64,000 nt of DNA from Eledone cirrhosa. Its lineage: Eukaryota. The stretch's first letter is position 1. Each line of letters starts with the position of its first letter. Location of the stretch: positions 7,626,001-7,690,000 of the forward strand of contig OZ024757.1 in assembly GCA_964016885.1 (NCBI GenBank), given 5' to 3'. This document shows positions 13,837-27,014 of this stretch, piece after piece. Made by a program: the position numbers and the translations under genes. The notes beneath the pieces are model-generated. The model had not been told where the DNA came from and searched no databases. It worked only from the letters and a program-made list of their open reading frames with translations.

Positions 13837-14013
13837 TGTTTCTACTTTAGGCACAAGGCCAACAATTACCCAGTGCATTACTGGTACTTTATTTTATCGA
13901 CCCCGTAAGGATGAAAGGCAAATCAACCTCGGCGGGATTTGAACTCAGATCGTAAAGGGACGCAACTATGCTGGAAAGCATGGCGTCCGACCCTCTACCG
14001 ATACTGCCAATCC
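13837..14013 (-). mobile_element. SINE, near-identical to 8934-9113
   Basis: Same head, core and tail; TSD ACATATAGATAAT at 13824-13836 and 14014-14026. Confidence 0.9.
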
Positions 14014-14049
14014 ACATATAGATAATGACTTTGATTTATAGTTTCTGTT

Positions 14050-14252
14050 CTAGTTAGTGACTTAGTAATATATTATTGTTGATCCCTTATAGTTAGTGAT
14101 TTAGTGATATATAGTTACTGTTGGTACCTTATAGTTAGTGATTTAGTGATATATAGTTACTGTTGGTACCTATTGGTTAGTGATTTAGTGATATATAGTT
14201 ACTGTTGGTACCTTATAGTTAGTGACTTATAGAACCTGTTGGTACCTTATAG
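14050..14252. repeat. Minisatellite, ~42-bp unit tagttagtgatttagtgatatatagttactgttggtaccttat, about 5 copies
   Basis: Direct reading. Confidence 0.9.
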
Positions 14253-14479
14253 TCTGCTTTTGTACTTTTACTTTTACCTCTTCCTTTGTTACTTGATAAC
14301 GCTGTTAAAATTAATATTTTTATAAATTACCTTTAGTTTTAGTTATCTCCCAATAAAGGAATGAGGTTTTGTAATGAGGTGTTTTTTTTTCTTGTTTTAT
14401 AAATTTTTTAATACGTTTTGATAATTTATTTAAAATAAATGAAGAAAAATGTATCATTAAAATATAGTATGAAGTTGTA

Positions 14480-14647
14480 GTGGCCTACATTCTGCGGGCT
14501 CACATACATTCTCTGTGCGTGATTTGGCTCAGCTCAGCCAATCAGCGCCAGTAGAAGAGGATGTATCCCTACGCTTTCTGAGGGAGAAATAGCCCGCAAA
14601 GATTTGAGGACGCTATCACTCGCAGCTTCGACCGTGCTAAGGTAAAC
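14480..14647 (+). promoter_or_regulatory. Possible Pol II promoter and first exon (CCAAT box, CpG-enriched, splice donor)
   Basis: AGCCAATCAG at 14536-14545 within a locally CpG-rich non-repeat island; AAG|GTAAAC donor at 14641/14642. Confidence 0.45.
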
Positions 14648-14979
14648 AAACATTTTTCTTGCGCCGTGAAAGCACAAACAATATGTAACGACAAAACATT
14701 ACCTACGAGCCTGGCCAAACCCCTTCAGCCAGTCGCCCGTATTTTCTCTTGTAATCTTAATTGAATTATTTCATTTCTCTTGGCATGCCAGCTTAATTCA
14801 CTTCTTAACCGTTGTTAATAAATAATGTAAAACCAAGCTAAAGTCGTTGTCGATATTTCCTATCATATCTTTCTACCTAACCTGGTTCCTCGTGGCGACA
14901 TTACAACTCTCTAAATACTTCTCCGCTAAATTGGTGACTTATATTCAACAAAGAGAAACATTCATTTCCTTTAAAGTCA

Positions 14980-15270
14980 TGGATTAATGGTTAGTGTGTT
15001 GGGCTCATCACTATCGTAAGATTGTGACGAGAAGTGTGTTGTCCTTGAGCAAGACACTTTATTTCATGTTACTCCAGTCCACATGGGTGGTTAAGATGAG
15101 TTATGATGACACTAGTGCCAAGCTGAATCAATCTTTGCCTTTCTCTTAGATAACATCAGTGATGTGTAGAGAAGATTAGCATGCATGGGTGACTTCTTGT
15201 CTTCTACAAAAACACCATGACCTGGCTTGCACCTTGGAGTGGAACTTTTCATGTACAAACCTGTGGTCAG
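14980..15270 (+). mobile_element. Degenerate SINE of a second family (gtgtccttgagcaagacactttatttca core)
   Basis: Related pieces at about 3160-3270 (-), 19460-19680 and 23150-23430. Confidence 0.6.
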
Positions 15271-16626
15271 GATCATATATTTTATTATACTATCTTCTCT
15301 TCTACTTTATTATTAAATTCCTTTCTATAGGGGAACATTCCCCATTGGTTAAAATTGATTTAGAAAAATGCAACCTTCGTCTTCTCGGATGCATGGTAAA
15401 TTTTCAAGACTCATTTTAAGAAAAAAAACAGCATCTTTCACACTTGTAAATATGTTAATTGTATAGTAGTTTTTTCTTTTTCTTTTTTTATTTATTTTTT
15501 ATTTTATTTACAATTGCATATGTTAATGTGAAAATTCATTTTCTGAGATATTATTCCAAACCAAAGCCCGAAATTCTTAAAAGATGAAAGTTCATGTTAC
15601 ACAAACAGAAAGTAGAAATGTCTTGCAAATATTTTTAATTTATGTAAACTAAATAGATAGTTTAATTAGATAAACTTTTTTTTTTGTTTTTGGTTTAAAT
15701 CATTCATATTAAGCATGGCATTATGTTTTCTTTATATTAATCCACCCACCTACATATAAAAATAAAATAAAACAAATTATATCATACAAAATATTGATTT
15801 TGTAGTTTACAGTATTTTGAAAAAAGAAAAAAAAATCTCTTACTAACACATAATATAGTTTTACTGAAAAATCATGGAAACATTTTTATATTAATTGTTA
15901 AAATAATACAGTCTGTCTGTTAGTAGACTAGACATCAACTCCTGATTATATTTAATAAAAGAAACCTTTTATACAGCTAATACCATATATACACACACAC
16001 ACACACACAAGCATAGCCCCCCAATTGCTCAGTCTAATTGTAGTTGTTTTGTAACTTCCTTTCTGTGTTCCCCTCCCCCCTTTCTTATGATAATCATTGC
16101 TAATGTGCTTTGCATATTAAAATTTTTTTTAAATATTTTTTTTTAAAGAAATAAAAAATATATATATTGGAAACTTTTTTTAAATAAAGAATAAAATAAA
16201 TAAAATCCCAACAAATTCTTTTTTGAAATAATCAAAAATAAATTACAATTAAAAAGGCTTTAACTCTTGTTTCCTTATATCTCTAGTCATCCTCCAAATG
16301 TGCTATCACCATGCTCAGCAATTTGAAATGTTACTAACTCACATTAAATCTTTATTATTAGTCAAGCCATAACAGATTAGAAATTATTACATAAGCAAGT
16401 AATTCTCTCTATTCAGACACTAAAATATTTGGGATGTATTACACTATTAGCTAAAAAGGTATAATATGCCCATAAGGCAAAAAAAAATAAATAAATAAAT
16501 AAAAACGCCACAAAACACATGATGCCTAACTTATTGTAAAGTTAAGGAAATGTAGTATTGATATATATTGGAACCATATATATATATATAATATATAATA
16601 TATATATATAGACACACACACTCATG

Positions 16627-16689
<63 letters not shown>

Positions 16690-16719
16690 AGATCAAAAGA
16701 TGGTTAAAAGAGTTGCGAG

Positions 16720-16790
16720 TATTTTATTATGCGCATTTCAAAAACAAATATCATCATAGGATGATATCTGCGTTCTCATCAGATAAAATA
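16720..16790 (-). ncRNA. Solo hammerhead ribozyme inside a ~190-bp unit with 18-bp inverted ends
   Basis: tattttat CTGATGA gaacgcagatatcatc..gatgatatttgttttt GAAA tgcgca TA ataaaata; flanked by aatataagatcaaaagat (16684) and its reverse complement (to 16870). Confidence 0.8.
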
Positions 16791-16883
16791 GGGATACATG
16801 ATATGAAGCTTAAAAAACACTTGTGAATAGTGAAGTTTTAAATCAACATAAGATCTTTTGATCTTATATTATTTATACTCCAG

Positions 16884-17069
16884 GGGGGAGGATTGGCAGT
16901 ATCGGTAGAGGGTTGGACGCCATGCTTTGACGTATAGAGTTACGGTCCTTGCCATTCTGAGTTCAAATCGCGCCGAGGTTAACTTTGCCTTTCATCCTTT
17001 CGGGGTCGATAAAATAAAGTACCAGTAATAGACTGGGTAATTGCTGGCCTTGTGCCAAATGTAGAAACA
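16884..17069 (+). mobile_element. SINE (Meta-like core)
   Basis: TSD ATTATTTATACTCCAG at 16868-16883 and 17070-17085. Confidence 0.9.
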
Positions 17070-17210
17070 ATTATTTATACTCCAGTCCTACAAACTGTAG
17101 AGTGCTACTTATCCGATATTTGCATTGATTTATTGTGCTACAATAAAACTCACCTCCTACATATATATATACACACACACACATATAAATACACACACGC
17201 ATGTGTGTGT

Positions 17211-17250
<40 letters not shown>

Positions 17251-18351
17251 ACACACACGCATACGTATGTGTCTATAATTTTTTTGGGGGAAAAGACCAA
17301 TACATTCAGTTTGAATAAAATGGTGTTTGCACCCCCGCTCTTTCCTTGATGCCATAAAGTATGTGCTTATTTTGATATTTTGCTTAATATTTAATCCTAT
17401 CCTGAATGGAAGATATGAGCAAGATGAAGTAGGTCTGACCCATCTGATCTCAGACTCTGACAACCCGTCCAATCCATGCCAAGATGGAAAGTAGATGTAA
17501 AATGATGATGATGATGATGATGTCTACTTTAGAGCTGCATTATTTTTTTTGTTTGTTTACCTGTGTATATTGTATATCAGATACACAAGTTACACTACAC
17601 CTATATGTGTATAGTGCTGCAACACTGTTTCCTTTACATATTTATACACACACACACATATGGATAATACCATACTCCATATATACATATATAAAGGAAA
17701 CTGTTTCCTGTTTGATATCATCTTAGTTAATTCCTATGTCCTTCAGATTGGCCCCTTAAATATTCTTTGCCAGGTGTGCCTTGCTTGTCCTCACTTTTAC
17801 TTATCACCTATTGGTAGCCAACTTATAGCAGTTCTTAAAGGTCACTGTTCTGACCAATGTAAAACATTCTGGGCTAATCAGTATTGGAATTCTGTATTGT
17901 AGCATATTAACGTTTAAAGTTAAAGAAAAACTCCTGTAATATTTGCTAATTTTAGAGAGATTATACTCACGTACATACATACGTATGTATGTATGTGTGT
18001 ATATATATATATATTTGAAAAAAAGGAAAATGACTTCACTTGTAGTGTTTAACATTTTTTTTATATAATTTTATATTATATTATCAAATAAATTTTAACA
18101 CTCAAGTGAAGTCATTCTTTTCCTTTTTTTCATATATACCTAACTGTACCAAGGATCTCACACATTTTCCAATATATATATAATACACTGTGTGTGTGTG
18201 TATATATATTGTGTGTATATATGTATACACACACATACAGAGTGTCCATAAAAATATATACACTTCAACAGCGTTCTAATGAATAATGCCTGTATAAGTG
18301 ATCAGTGTGTATACATTTTTGGGGGACACCATGCGTGCATGTGTGTGTGTG

Positions 18352-18406
<55 letters not shown>

Positions 18407-18444
18407 TTGTAGACAATTGCATTTTTTCTTTTTTTTTCTACTAG

Positions 18445-18538
18445 ATAATTTTGATAGGGTGCAAAAAAATCTATACACAACTTCAGTTACGGAATCTTTC
18501 TCTGAATGTAGATTATTAAACAGTGAAACCAAAATATG
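18445..18538 (+). other. Candidate internal exon of an unidentified transcript
   Basis: Long polypyrimidine tract + ctactAG, ATG|GTAAGC donor; one open frame NFDRVQKNLYTTSVTESFSECRLLNSETKIW; no recognisable homology. Confidence 0.45.
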
Positions 18539-19756
18539 GTAAGCAGGCTGTGACTTACATACAAATGTATGTGTTTGTGTGTACAATACATAGATCACTC
18601 TTCTTTCCTCTACCTTTTCTATGGAAATACTTAACACACACACACAAACACACAAACACTCAACACAATGCAATGTTGAGGATATTGTTAAACATAATTG
18701 CTGAAAGAAGCATTTCAAGATATTCTTAGCATTGTTAGGATGAGAATTATGGTGAGATTAATAATCAAAAATATTTGTGACAGTGATAATACTTTAACCC
18801 TTTAATGTTCAAACCGGCCAAAACCAGCCAGAATTCTCTACCTCTTTCTGTTGAAACTGGCTGTAACTGGTCGCTCAAACTGATGTTAAGGTATTGTTCT
18901 CAAAATAAATACTTTCAAAATCTCATAGATTCAATATTATGTGAGGTAAAGCCTTTACCATGAAAATATAATAGTATATATAAAATAATGTGACAGTGAT
19001 AAAACTTTTATTGTACAACGACAACCAAGCATTTTAAGGCCTTTCCCCTTCTAAGGGCCAGTTGGTTAGCCTTATGAGTCCCATGATATTCTCTTCATAT
19101 TCACCACGGAGTTCTGCCTGTCTGATATCAACCCCTTATAGTTGCTTCCTATGACATTCAAGGATTTGATGTAACTACTCTAAATTGGACTGACCCCCCC
19201 CCCCCCCACACACACACACATGGGCACTTTGAGTTCGTTTGTTGAGTAAACCCAAGGAATAACCATCTGAGATCCCTGACCAGCTTCATACTCATCATGT
19301 GGTCCACTTGAAGATGACATTATTTCTTGGTTGGATGCCCTTCATAGTGCCAACTTACTTAGTCACTGTCTAATGACACAGGGATATGGCATACCTATTC
19401 TACACTGGATACATACAGAAATAACATTGTTGTTAGTATATATTATCTGTGAAGGCAATTCACAATTGTGAGGTTGCAAATTCAATTCTCAAACCAGGTG
19501 ATGTGTTATGTCCTTGCACGACACTTTATTTCATGTTGGTCTTTCTGCCAAGATTTGCAACCAATAGATAATATTAGCAATGGAAACATTGTTTCCTTGG
19601 TCTGATTTGACAACTTCCACCCCACTTGCTAAATGAGTGAGGTCTGGGATTTATTTGATCGATCAATATATTACCAACTGATGGAGATAATATATTTCTA
19701 TAAAGTTGTTACAAATATTTTTCACTTCACACTTTTTTAGTGAGAGTATGTTATTA

Positions 19757-20252
19757 TTGGATTGGCAGAATCAGCACAGTTGCGCCTCTTTATGGTTTGA
19801 GTTCAAATCCCGCTGAGGTTAATTTTAACTTTCATCCTTACGGGGTCGATAAAATAAAGTACCAGTAATGTACTGAGATAATTCCTGGCCTTGTGCCAAC
19901 AGTAGAAACAATTATTATTATTATTATTCTTTCATCTGTATGGGCTCGATAAAATAAAGTACCAGTAATGCACTGGGGTGATTTAATTGACTTTCCCCTC
20001 CCCCTAAAATGTTGGCCTTGTGCCTAAATCAAAAACCACTATTATTATTTAGGGCAGTGGATTGGCAGTATGAGTAGAACATTGGACAGCATGTTTTGTG
20101 GCATATAGTTATGTCCCTTCACATTCTGAGTTCAAATCCTGTTGAGGAGTTGATAAAATAAAGTTCCTGTACTGGGGTCGATTTAATCAACTTTCCCTTC
20201 ACCCCGAAATTGTTAGCCTTGTGCCTATATAAGAAACCATTATTATTATTAT
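19757..20252 (+). mobile_element. Three tandem SINE copies or fragments, each ending in (ATT)n
   Basis: Repeated head, core and tail motifs separated by attattatt. Confidence 0.85.
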
Positions 20253-20982
20253 TTTATTTTATTTCTTGTATTTTTTTCTTGCTTTCTATGAGTGAATTTA
20301 AACTTCTGGGCTGATGATCTTTCCCTGAGGAATTCAAACTTTTCTCAGTATGATCTCTGTTTTTTCCCTTGGTAAAACACATACTACTACTATAACGACT
20401 GTTGCTGATACTACTACTATTTCTACTATAACTACTGCTGCTACTGTTACTTCTATTACTACTGCTACCACAACTATTATTATTGCTGCTACTACTCTGA
20501 TTACTACAACTGCTACTGCTACTATTACTACTACTACTACTTGCCTTAGTGTGTGTTGGATACAAAACTTTCTACTCTCACTTTGTTTTTTCTTTCATTT
20601 GTTTTTTTTTAATGTAACCTTGTAATCTTAGGAGGTCATTCCTGATTAGACAGATAGACCTATTCACTTCATGGCTGAGTGATTAACTATGATAATAATA
20701 TCCTCTACCACAGTAAAAACAAATTCCTTGCTTCAACAGAGGAAATTGGATTTTTTAAAAACAAACACCTCGTTGTTTTCTTCTCTTTTTTTTATTTTTT
20801 TTATTTCTGTTTCATTTTCTGGGTTTTTTTTTTTCTTGATTACAATCTACACCACAACTCACATTTTCCACATAAGTGGCTCATTGGCAGAGTCCTTAGA
20901 GCATTGAATTTGTCCCAGCATTTGTTCTGACATATTATATTCTGAGTTCAAACTCTGCCGAGGTCAACTTTGTCCTTTAGAA

Positions 20983-21232
20983 GTCTTCTTCTTCACCCAC
21001 TCATATCTGAGAGGGTCTTGGAGGCAGAGTCTGCAAACACACCTTCCAGTGGGTCCTGTCAGAAGCAACCATCTCCACCTAATTCGGCAGGATCCCCAAG
21101 TGAGACCAACCAATCTCATGGATGTTATCCAACCATCTTGCTTGTGGGATCTACCTCTGGGTCTCCTGCTGGTTGGTTTTGCTTGTAATATCTGTCTAAT
21201 GATTCTTTCCTGAGATATTCTAACCACATGCC
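20983..21232 (-). mobile_element. 3' fragment of an RTE-type LINE with (GAA)n tail, inserted into a SINE (20870-21270)
   Basis: GHVVRISQERIIRQILQAKPTSRRPRGR; imperfect TSD cctttagaagtc / ccttttgaagtc; SINE core resumes after 21240. Confidence 0.7.
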
Positions 21233-22124
21233 CTTTTGAAGTCAATAAAAATAAAGTACCAGTCCAGTGGGCAGGGATTCGGTAGAATTTGTTAAATAAT
21301 CAGATAGAATATTTTGCAGCATGTGACCTAGCTCTGTTGCAGTCTTGAGTTGAAATCCTACTTCCTCCTGCCAGGAATTGTAACGTTCAGATAGTTTCAT
21401 CAATGGAAACATTGATTTGTTGGTTTGGTCTGACAATTGGCTATTTTCCTTTTTTTTTTTTTTTTTTTCATATTTAAAAAAAGTACAATTTAAAAAAGAA
21501 GTATTCACTTATTGTGTTAATGTCAGTTATTAGTTTATACTAGCTAGCCACAGGCCGTCAAAAATGACAGCTAATTGTAATATCTATACATAATATAAAA
21601 AAGAGGTGTTTGTTGGTTGCTTGGTTGTTTGGTTGCTTGCTTGCTTCCTTCGCACTCACACAAGTGATACAAACATACAAACACAGCTGTGACGAATCTT
21701 AGAATACTGGACTTCTATTGTTTCTCACCCCATCTTCCTTCATCAGTCATTATATAGATGTATGTGTATTAGACACCCTTTCCTTCCCCAGTCGACATAA
21801 TCACTACTTCCTTCCTCAATCGACATCAGCCATCTCTATTGTGTGACAGACGAATACACAAGGCTATTATATTACTAAGAAAATATACAAATGCTATAAT
21901 TATTTTTATTATTGGTGGCATAAAACAAGATAAAAATAAAAGCTGTTAAAATTTATTCTACAAAAAGAATCTTTCAATATTATATATACATATATACATG
22001 ATGTAAGTTGGTCAGGGTTAGGAAACTACAGTCATAGAAGCCATACTAATGTGGAAAGCAGACTTAAAAATGATGGTGTTATATATATACATACACAACA
22101 CACACACACACACTTATATGGGTA

Positions 22125-22164
<40 letters not shown>

Positions 22165-22298
22165 CATATATATATATTCATATATACACATAAATAGACA
22201 CACTCTGATATTCACTCTGTTCCTGAATCTGCATCCACTACTATATTGATCTGGTTTGTCCTGGTCTTCGAATTGCAAACACTTCATATCTGTATATT

Positions 22299-22345
<47 letters not shown>

Positions 22346-24460
22346 GTGTGTGTGTGTATGTGTGTGTTTATATATGTATATATGTGTATATAAATGTTTA
22401 TATATATATATGTGTGTATATATATGTTTATATATATATGTGTGCATATATATGTATATACATATGTGTGTGTATATATATGTGTGTGTATATATATATA
22501 CGTGTGCGTGTATGTATGTATATATATATATATCTGAGTAAGGGTTAGTAGACATTCTACAATAGTTGAAACAGGAATTACAACTGACATAGTATCAACA
22601 TTGAAAAGACCAATGAAGACAGTTTCCTTGGTCAGTCAGATCTGGCAATTGGTTCCTTTCCTTTTTTTTTATTCTTCTTTACATCATTTTTCTTTAAAAC
22701 AAAACACTAAAAATATGGTGGACCAACTAAGAAAACACAACACAAAACATGTTTATACATATTTTTTTTTATATTTTGTTTCCATTGTTCGTTCATGTTC
22801 CAGTAAAACACAAAGCACTCTTTTAGTCATTTTTTTTTCTAAATAATTGTGCAATTGCTTTAATAAAGCTGGATTATTATAATGTAAATTATTTTGGGTT
22901 TTTAATTATGTCTCTGTATTTGTGTGTGTGTGTGTGTGTGTGTATGAAGATGCATAACTTAACCCTTTAGCATTTAAATCGGCCAGAATTCTCCCACTTT
23001 CTGTTCATATCAGTGGCCACCCATACTAATGTTAAGGTATTGTTCTCAAAATAAATAATATCAAATCTCATAGATTCAATATGTAAAATAAAGATTTTAC
23101 TGTGAAAATACAATAGTATATAGAGTAATTAATGTAAATGCTAAAGGATTAATAATTAAGGTTTTGGACTCATGGTTGTAAAATAAGGAGTTTTGATTCT
23201 TGAACCTGGCCACACATTGACTTGAGCAAGATATTTCATTTTATGTTGTTCCAGTCCACTCAGCTTAAATAAAAATGTGCTTGTATGTCAAAGGGCCAAC
23301 CATGTTACACAGAATCTCCCTAAAGACTATGTTAAGGATGCATATGTCTGAGGAATGCTCAGCCACTTGTTAATTTCATTATTAAGCTGTTCCATTCTTC
23401 AAACAACTGGAACACTCATTGTCGAAACTGAAAGAGGTCCAACAGCAATGCATGTGTGTGTGTGTGTGTGTATGTATGCATACATGTATGTATGTCTTCT
23501 ATTTAGAAAAATTATATGAATTCTTCCAGTAAAGAAGGAGCTAGTTTCTACCAAAGGACCAAATTCTCTTGATAGAATTTAAATAACAAAAATGGTGAGT
23601 GTCATTTGTTGAACTTTAGAAAAGTCTTGCATATCTTTACTGCTACATTCAGATTGTTTTTGTAAAGTATCACTTAGATTTTTACTAACATGTATGTATG
23701 AATAATCAGATGAAGAAAGAAGCTGGTCTCTAAGAAACAAAGGCTCCATTGCTAGAATTTAAACAACACCAGACTAAAGAAACAATTGTTAATACGTTGA
23801 ATAAACCCTATTGTACAGCCGACCACGTTATTCTTCACTCATTTACTATTATTATTCAAAGAACCGCTTACTGAGGAACTGTCTTGAATTGGCCACCCAA
23901 CTAAGGAAACTTCTTGTTGAGTCAAACAACGCCGAATGTTAAAACTATCCTCGATACAGAGTAATCATAACCTCTACTAGGATTACCTTAAATGATATCT
24001 CGTTAACTTATATATTTAGAATGTTAGGAAGTGACACTCTAGTTGATATATATAATAATAATAAAAAAAAGTAGAAAATGCTAATGCGATTTTTTTATAG
24101 AATAACAGCAAAACATTTATTTACAAAAAAGAAATTTATCATACCGGTTTTAGCCACGTGGGCTTCTTCATACTACGGAAGTAATAACATTTATAATGGA
24201 GTTGAGTTGGATAATAATAAGAATATGGTATAAAATAACATGCTTTACATACATATATATAGAAGTTGGTGGTGTTGACTATAACTGCAGCAGTGGTAGT
24301 GAAAGTAACAGAGGAGAACTAACTTGTTCTATGTTCTTGGTGTTGACCTCGACAGTTGAGGTCAACACCATATATATATAGGTATTAGAGGTGCAAATTA
24401 ATTGCTTACATAGCCTGTATGCCAAGATGAGCACTTGATGTTCGTGGGGAGCAGAGTATC

Positions 24461-24880
24461 AATAATAACAACAAATAGGGAACAAAGAATCAGTATTACA
24501 TCATATACATATTTAATTACATATTACATGTTTCACTGTCGATCAGCTCGAGGAACGATCGATTAATGATCGATGCTGACTCTGGAATCGGAAGGTCCTC
24601 AGATATGTGTTCACATATCTAACTTAATAGCACCGCCTGGCGAAGTCTTTCAAATTAGGATTTGGACACCATGGCCCTCTCAAGTAGAGAGTTATTGTTT
24701 ACTGTAGAGTAATGAGTCTACACATGAACATATATCAGAGGAGCTTCCAATTCCAGAGTCAGGATCGATCACTATTTGCTCGTTCCTCGAGCTGATCAAC
24801 AGTGAAACATATGTAATATGTAATTAAATATGTATATGATACAATACTGATTCTTTGTTCCCATATATTGTTATTATTAT
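24461..24880. repeat. Inverted repeat with ~150-bp arms, each carrying a hammerhead-like motif (probable PLE remnant)
   Basis: 24461-24613 is the diverged reverse complement of 24722-24880; left arm minus strand acatat CTGAGGA ...GAAA catg TA atatgt. Confidence 0.8.
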
Positions 24881-24909
24881 TATCATTATATATATATACA
24901 CATTACCCA

Positions 24910-25105
24910 CTCTACTACCCGATTGGGGGAGGGGAAAGTCGATTAGATCGACACCAGTGCATGATTGGTACTTTATTTTATCGACCATGGAAGGATGAAA
25001 GGCAAAGTTAACCTCGGCAGGATTTGAACTCAGATAATAAAGGGCCGTAACTCTTTGCTGCAAAGCATGGCGTCCTTCCCTCTACCGATACTGCCAATCC
25101 ACCAC
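24910..25105 (-). mobile_element. SINE (Meta-like core)
   Basis: Same head and core as the other copies. Confidence 0.85.
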
Positions 25106-25139
25106 CCTAGAGTGTAATATAATTATAACAATAATAATG

Positions 25140-27010
25140 TATTCTTTATTGGCCACAAGGGCTAACATGAAGAAAAACATTACAGACGACACAGAACAGT
25201 ACAGGATGATACAAAGTGGGTTTTGGTCGTGTAAACAGGTTATAACAGGCTAGAAATCAAAAAAATTCAAACAACAAAAATTACCCAAAAAGGGGGGAAG
25301 CTTCCGAGGGTCACTCGTGGCGAAAACTCCCCAAAAGGCCACGGCCACCCTGACAACCAGGGCAAGTGCCCTCTCAGTTTTCCACTCCTCAGTCTACAGG
25401 CGCATACTTTGAGCAGCCCCGTTCACTCGGCCAGACACGCCACTTTCTCCCACCTTTCAACAAAATTACTAGAAGACAGCACTTGCCTCTCTATCCCGAT
25501 TTTCCAAATTCAAGTGAAATTTGAAAAAGTTAATCAGGGATTGGCCGAGGAGGAAAGTCTCCGTCTTCAATCCTTTCAACCATGTCCACCATACAATCTC
25601 TTTCACCATGGCCACCAGGCGATGAAAACTGCCTGCCCTTCCTCCTCTTTAAAGGAAGACGCCGGGGCTATCTGCACAAGCTGATAACCGGATCCGTCTT
25701 ACACGTGACAGCAAATGTTCGACATAGCTCCACGAGTCAGCAATGCTCGGACACTGAACGAGTGCGTGCACAACGGTTTCGTCGCCATGTGCGCATCTCG
25801 GACAGATTCGGCTGACGGCACTTCCGTGCCTGTAGAGCTTATCTTGAACCGTAAAACGCTTCCCGGTAGCACTGCCAGGCCAGGGATTTCTGGAAGTTGT
25901 CCATAGGCCCCGGGCTGAAAGTTCTCTTGAATAGAGCGAACAGCTGATCGTCGCTTCCATAAAAAGCGGAAGAGGAGGCGCTCCATTTTTGTCAGAGTTG
26001 GGGCTGGGGCGGTAGCTGATGACGGATGCCATGAACGTGTTCGCCACCTCTGCTCGACCTTTCAGGGACAGCTTTCTCCCGGCCCATTTCTGGGTGAGAC
26101 AGGCCACCCTGCTCGTCACCTCGCTCCAGGTTTTCTCCATCTGGAGCAATTTAACCGGTCCTTCCGTCCAGCGCCCTACGACGCTGTCGGGCGGCATGAA
26201 CTTGCCTTTCCAGGTGCCGAGCTGCAAGCCCACCGACTATTCCTGGTTTAACTTTGCTCCTATCACTTTCATATTCCTTGAGAGCAGTGCCGAGCATCTG
26301 GACATGACTGGTGCTTGATACCACCACGGTGACGTCGTCGGCGTTAGCCGATACGGATCTCCTACATCCCAGTTCACGTGGACGCCTGTCATCGCCTCCA
26401 ATTTGTGCAGTAACGGCTCTAGGGCCAATACGTACAAGAGCGACGAGAGTGGACAACGCTGGCGGACCGAGCGCATGATTCTGAACGGCTGTGACAGATG
26501 ACCTTTCACCTTCATAACTGAGAAGACGTCGCTGTGCATCGCAGCGATCCAACCCCTGAAAATGGACTCGAAACCGGCCGCCTTGAGGACCGCAGCAAGG
26601 TACCGATGGTCGACCCTAGAAAATGCCTTAGATTGATCCAAGTTGATCAGGGCCCACCCGTGCCAGGTTCGTTAACCACCCTCTCTATGATGTATCGCAT
26701 GAGGTGGAGGTTGTCGTGGACGGATCTGTCTGGAATGGCGCATGTCTGCGGCTCTCCCACCAGATAACCGACAACAAGCGCCAATCTCGTTGCTAACACC
26801 TTGGCCAAAATCTTGAAATCTGCGTTTAACAGAGTGGTTCCTTCTTTGGTAAGAGTCGGCCTCGAGGCCAGCCCGTCCAAGTCGGAGGTGTCAACCACGA
26901 TTCAGAGAGCTTTACAATCTTCGTCTCGGACGCGCGATCTATACTCCTCCAGGTACAAGAGTCCCCTAAAGAGGATGTCCTAAACCTCGGATCACCGATC
27001 CACCTGCCGG
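25140..27010 (-). mobile_element. L1/Tx1-like LINE, internally deleted and degraded, intact 3' end
   Basis: TLLNADFKILAKVLA, DQSKAFSRVDH, SVRQRCPLS, CPRCAHGDETVVHALVQC; homologous to 56718-59115 and 61360-63415; 3' end gcccttgtggccaataaagaa + (ATT). Confidence 0.88.
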
Positions 27011-27014
27011 CCAT

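Noticed and set aside
14050-14252. Regularly spaced repeats resembling a CRISPR array (also 31937-32505)
   Set aside because: Units are tandem without unique spacers, the context is eukaryotic and there are no cas genes
21535-21870. Possible Helitron-like non-autonomous pieces (also about 29075-29420 and 30400-30420)
   Set aside because: Only weak terminal hints (ctag, tctata); boundaries cannot be supported
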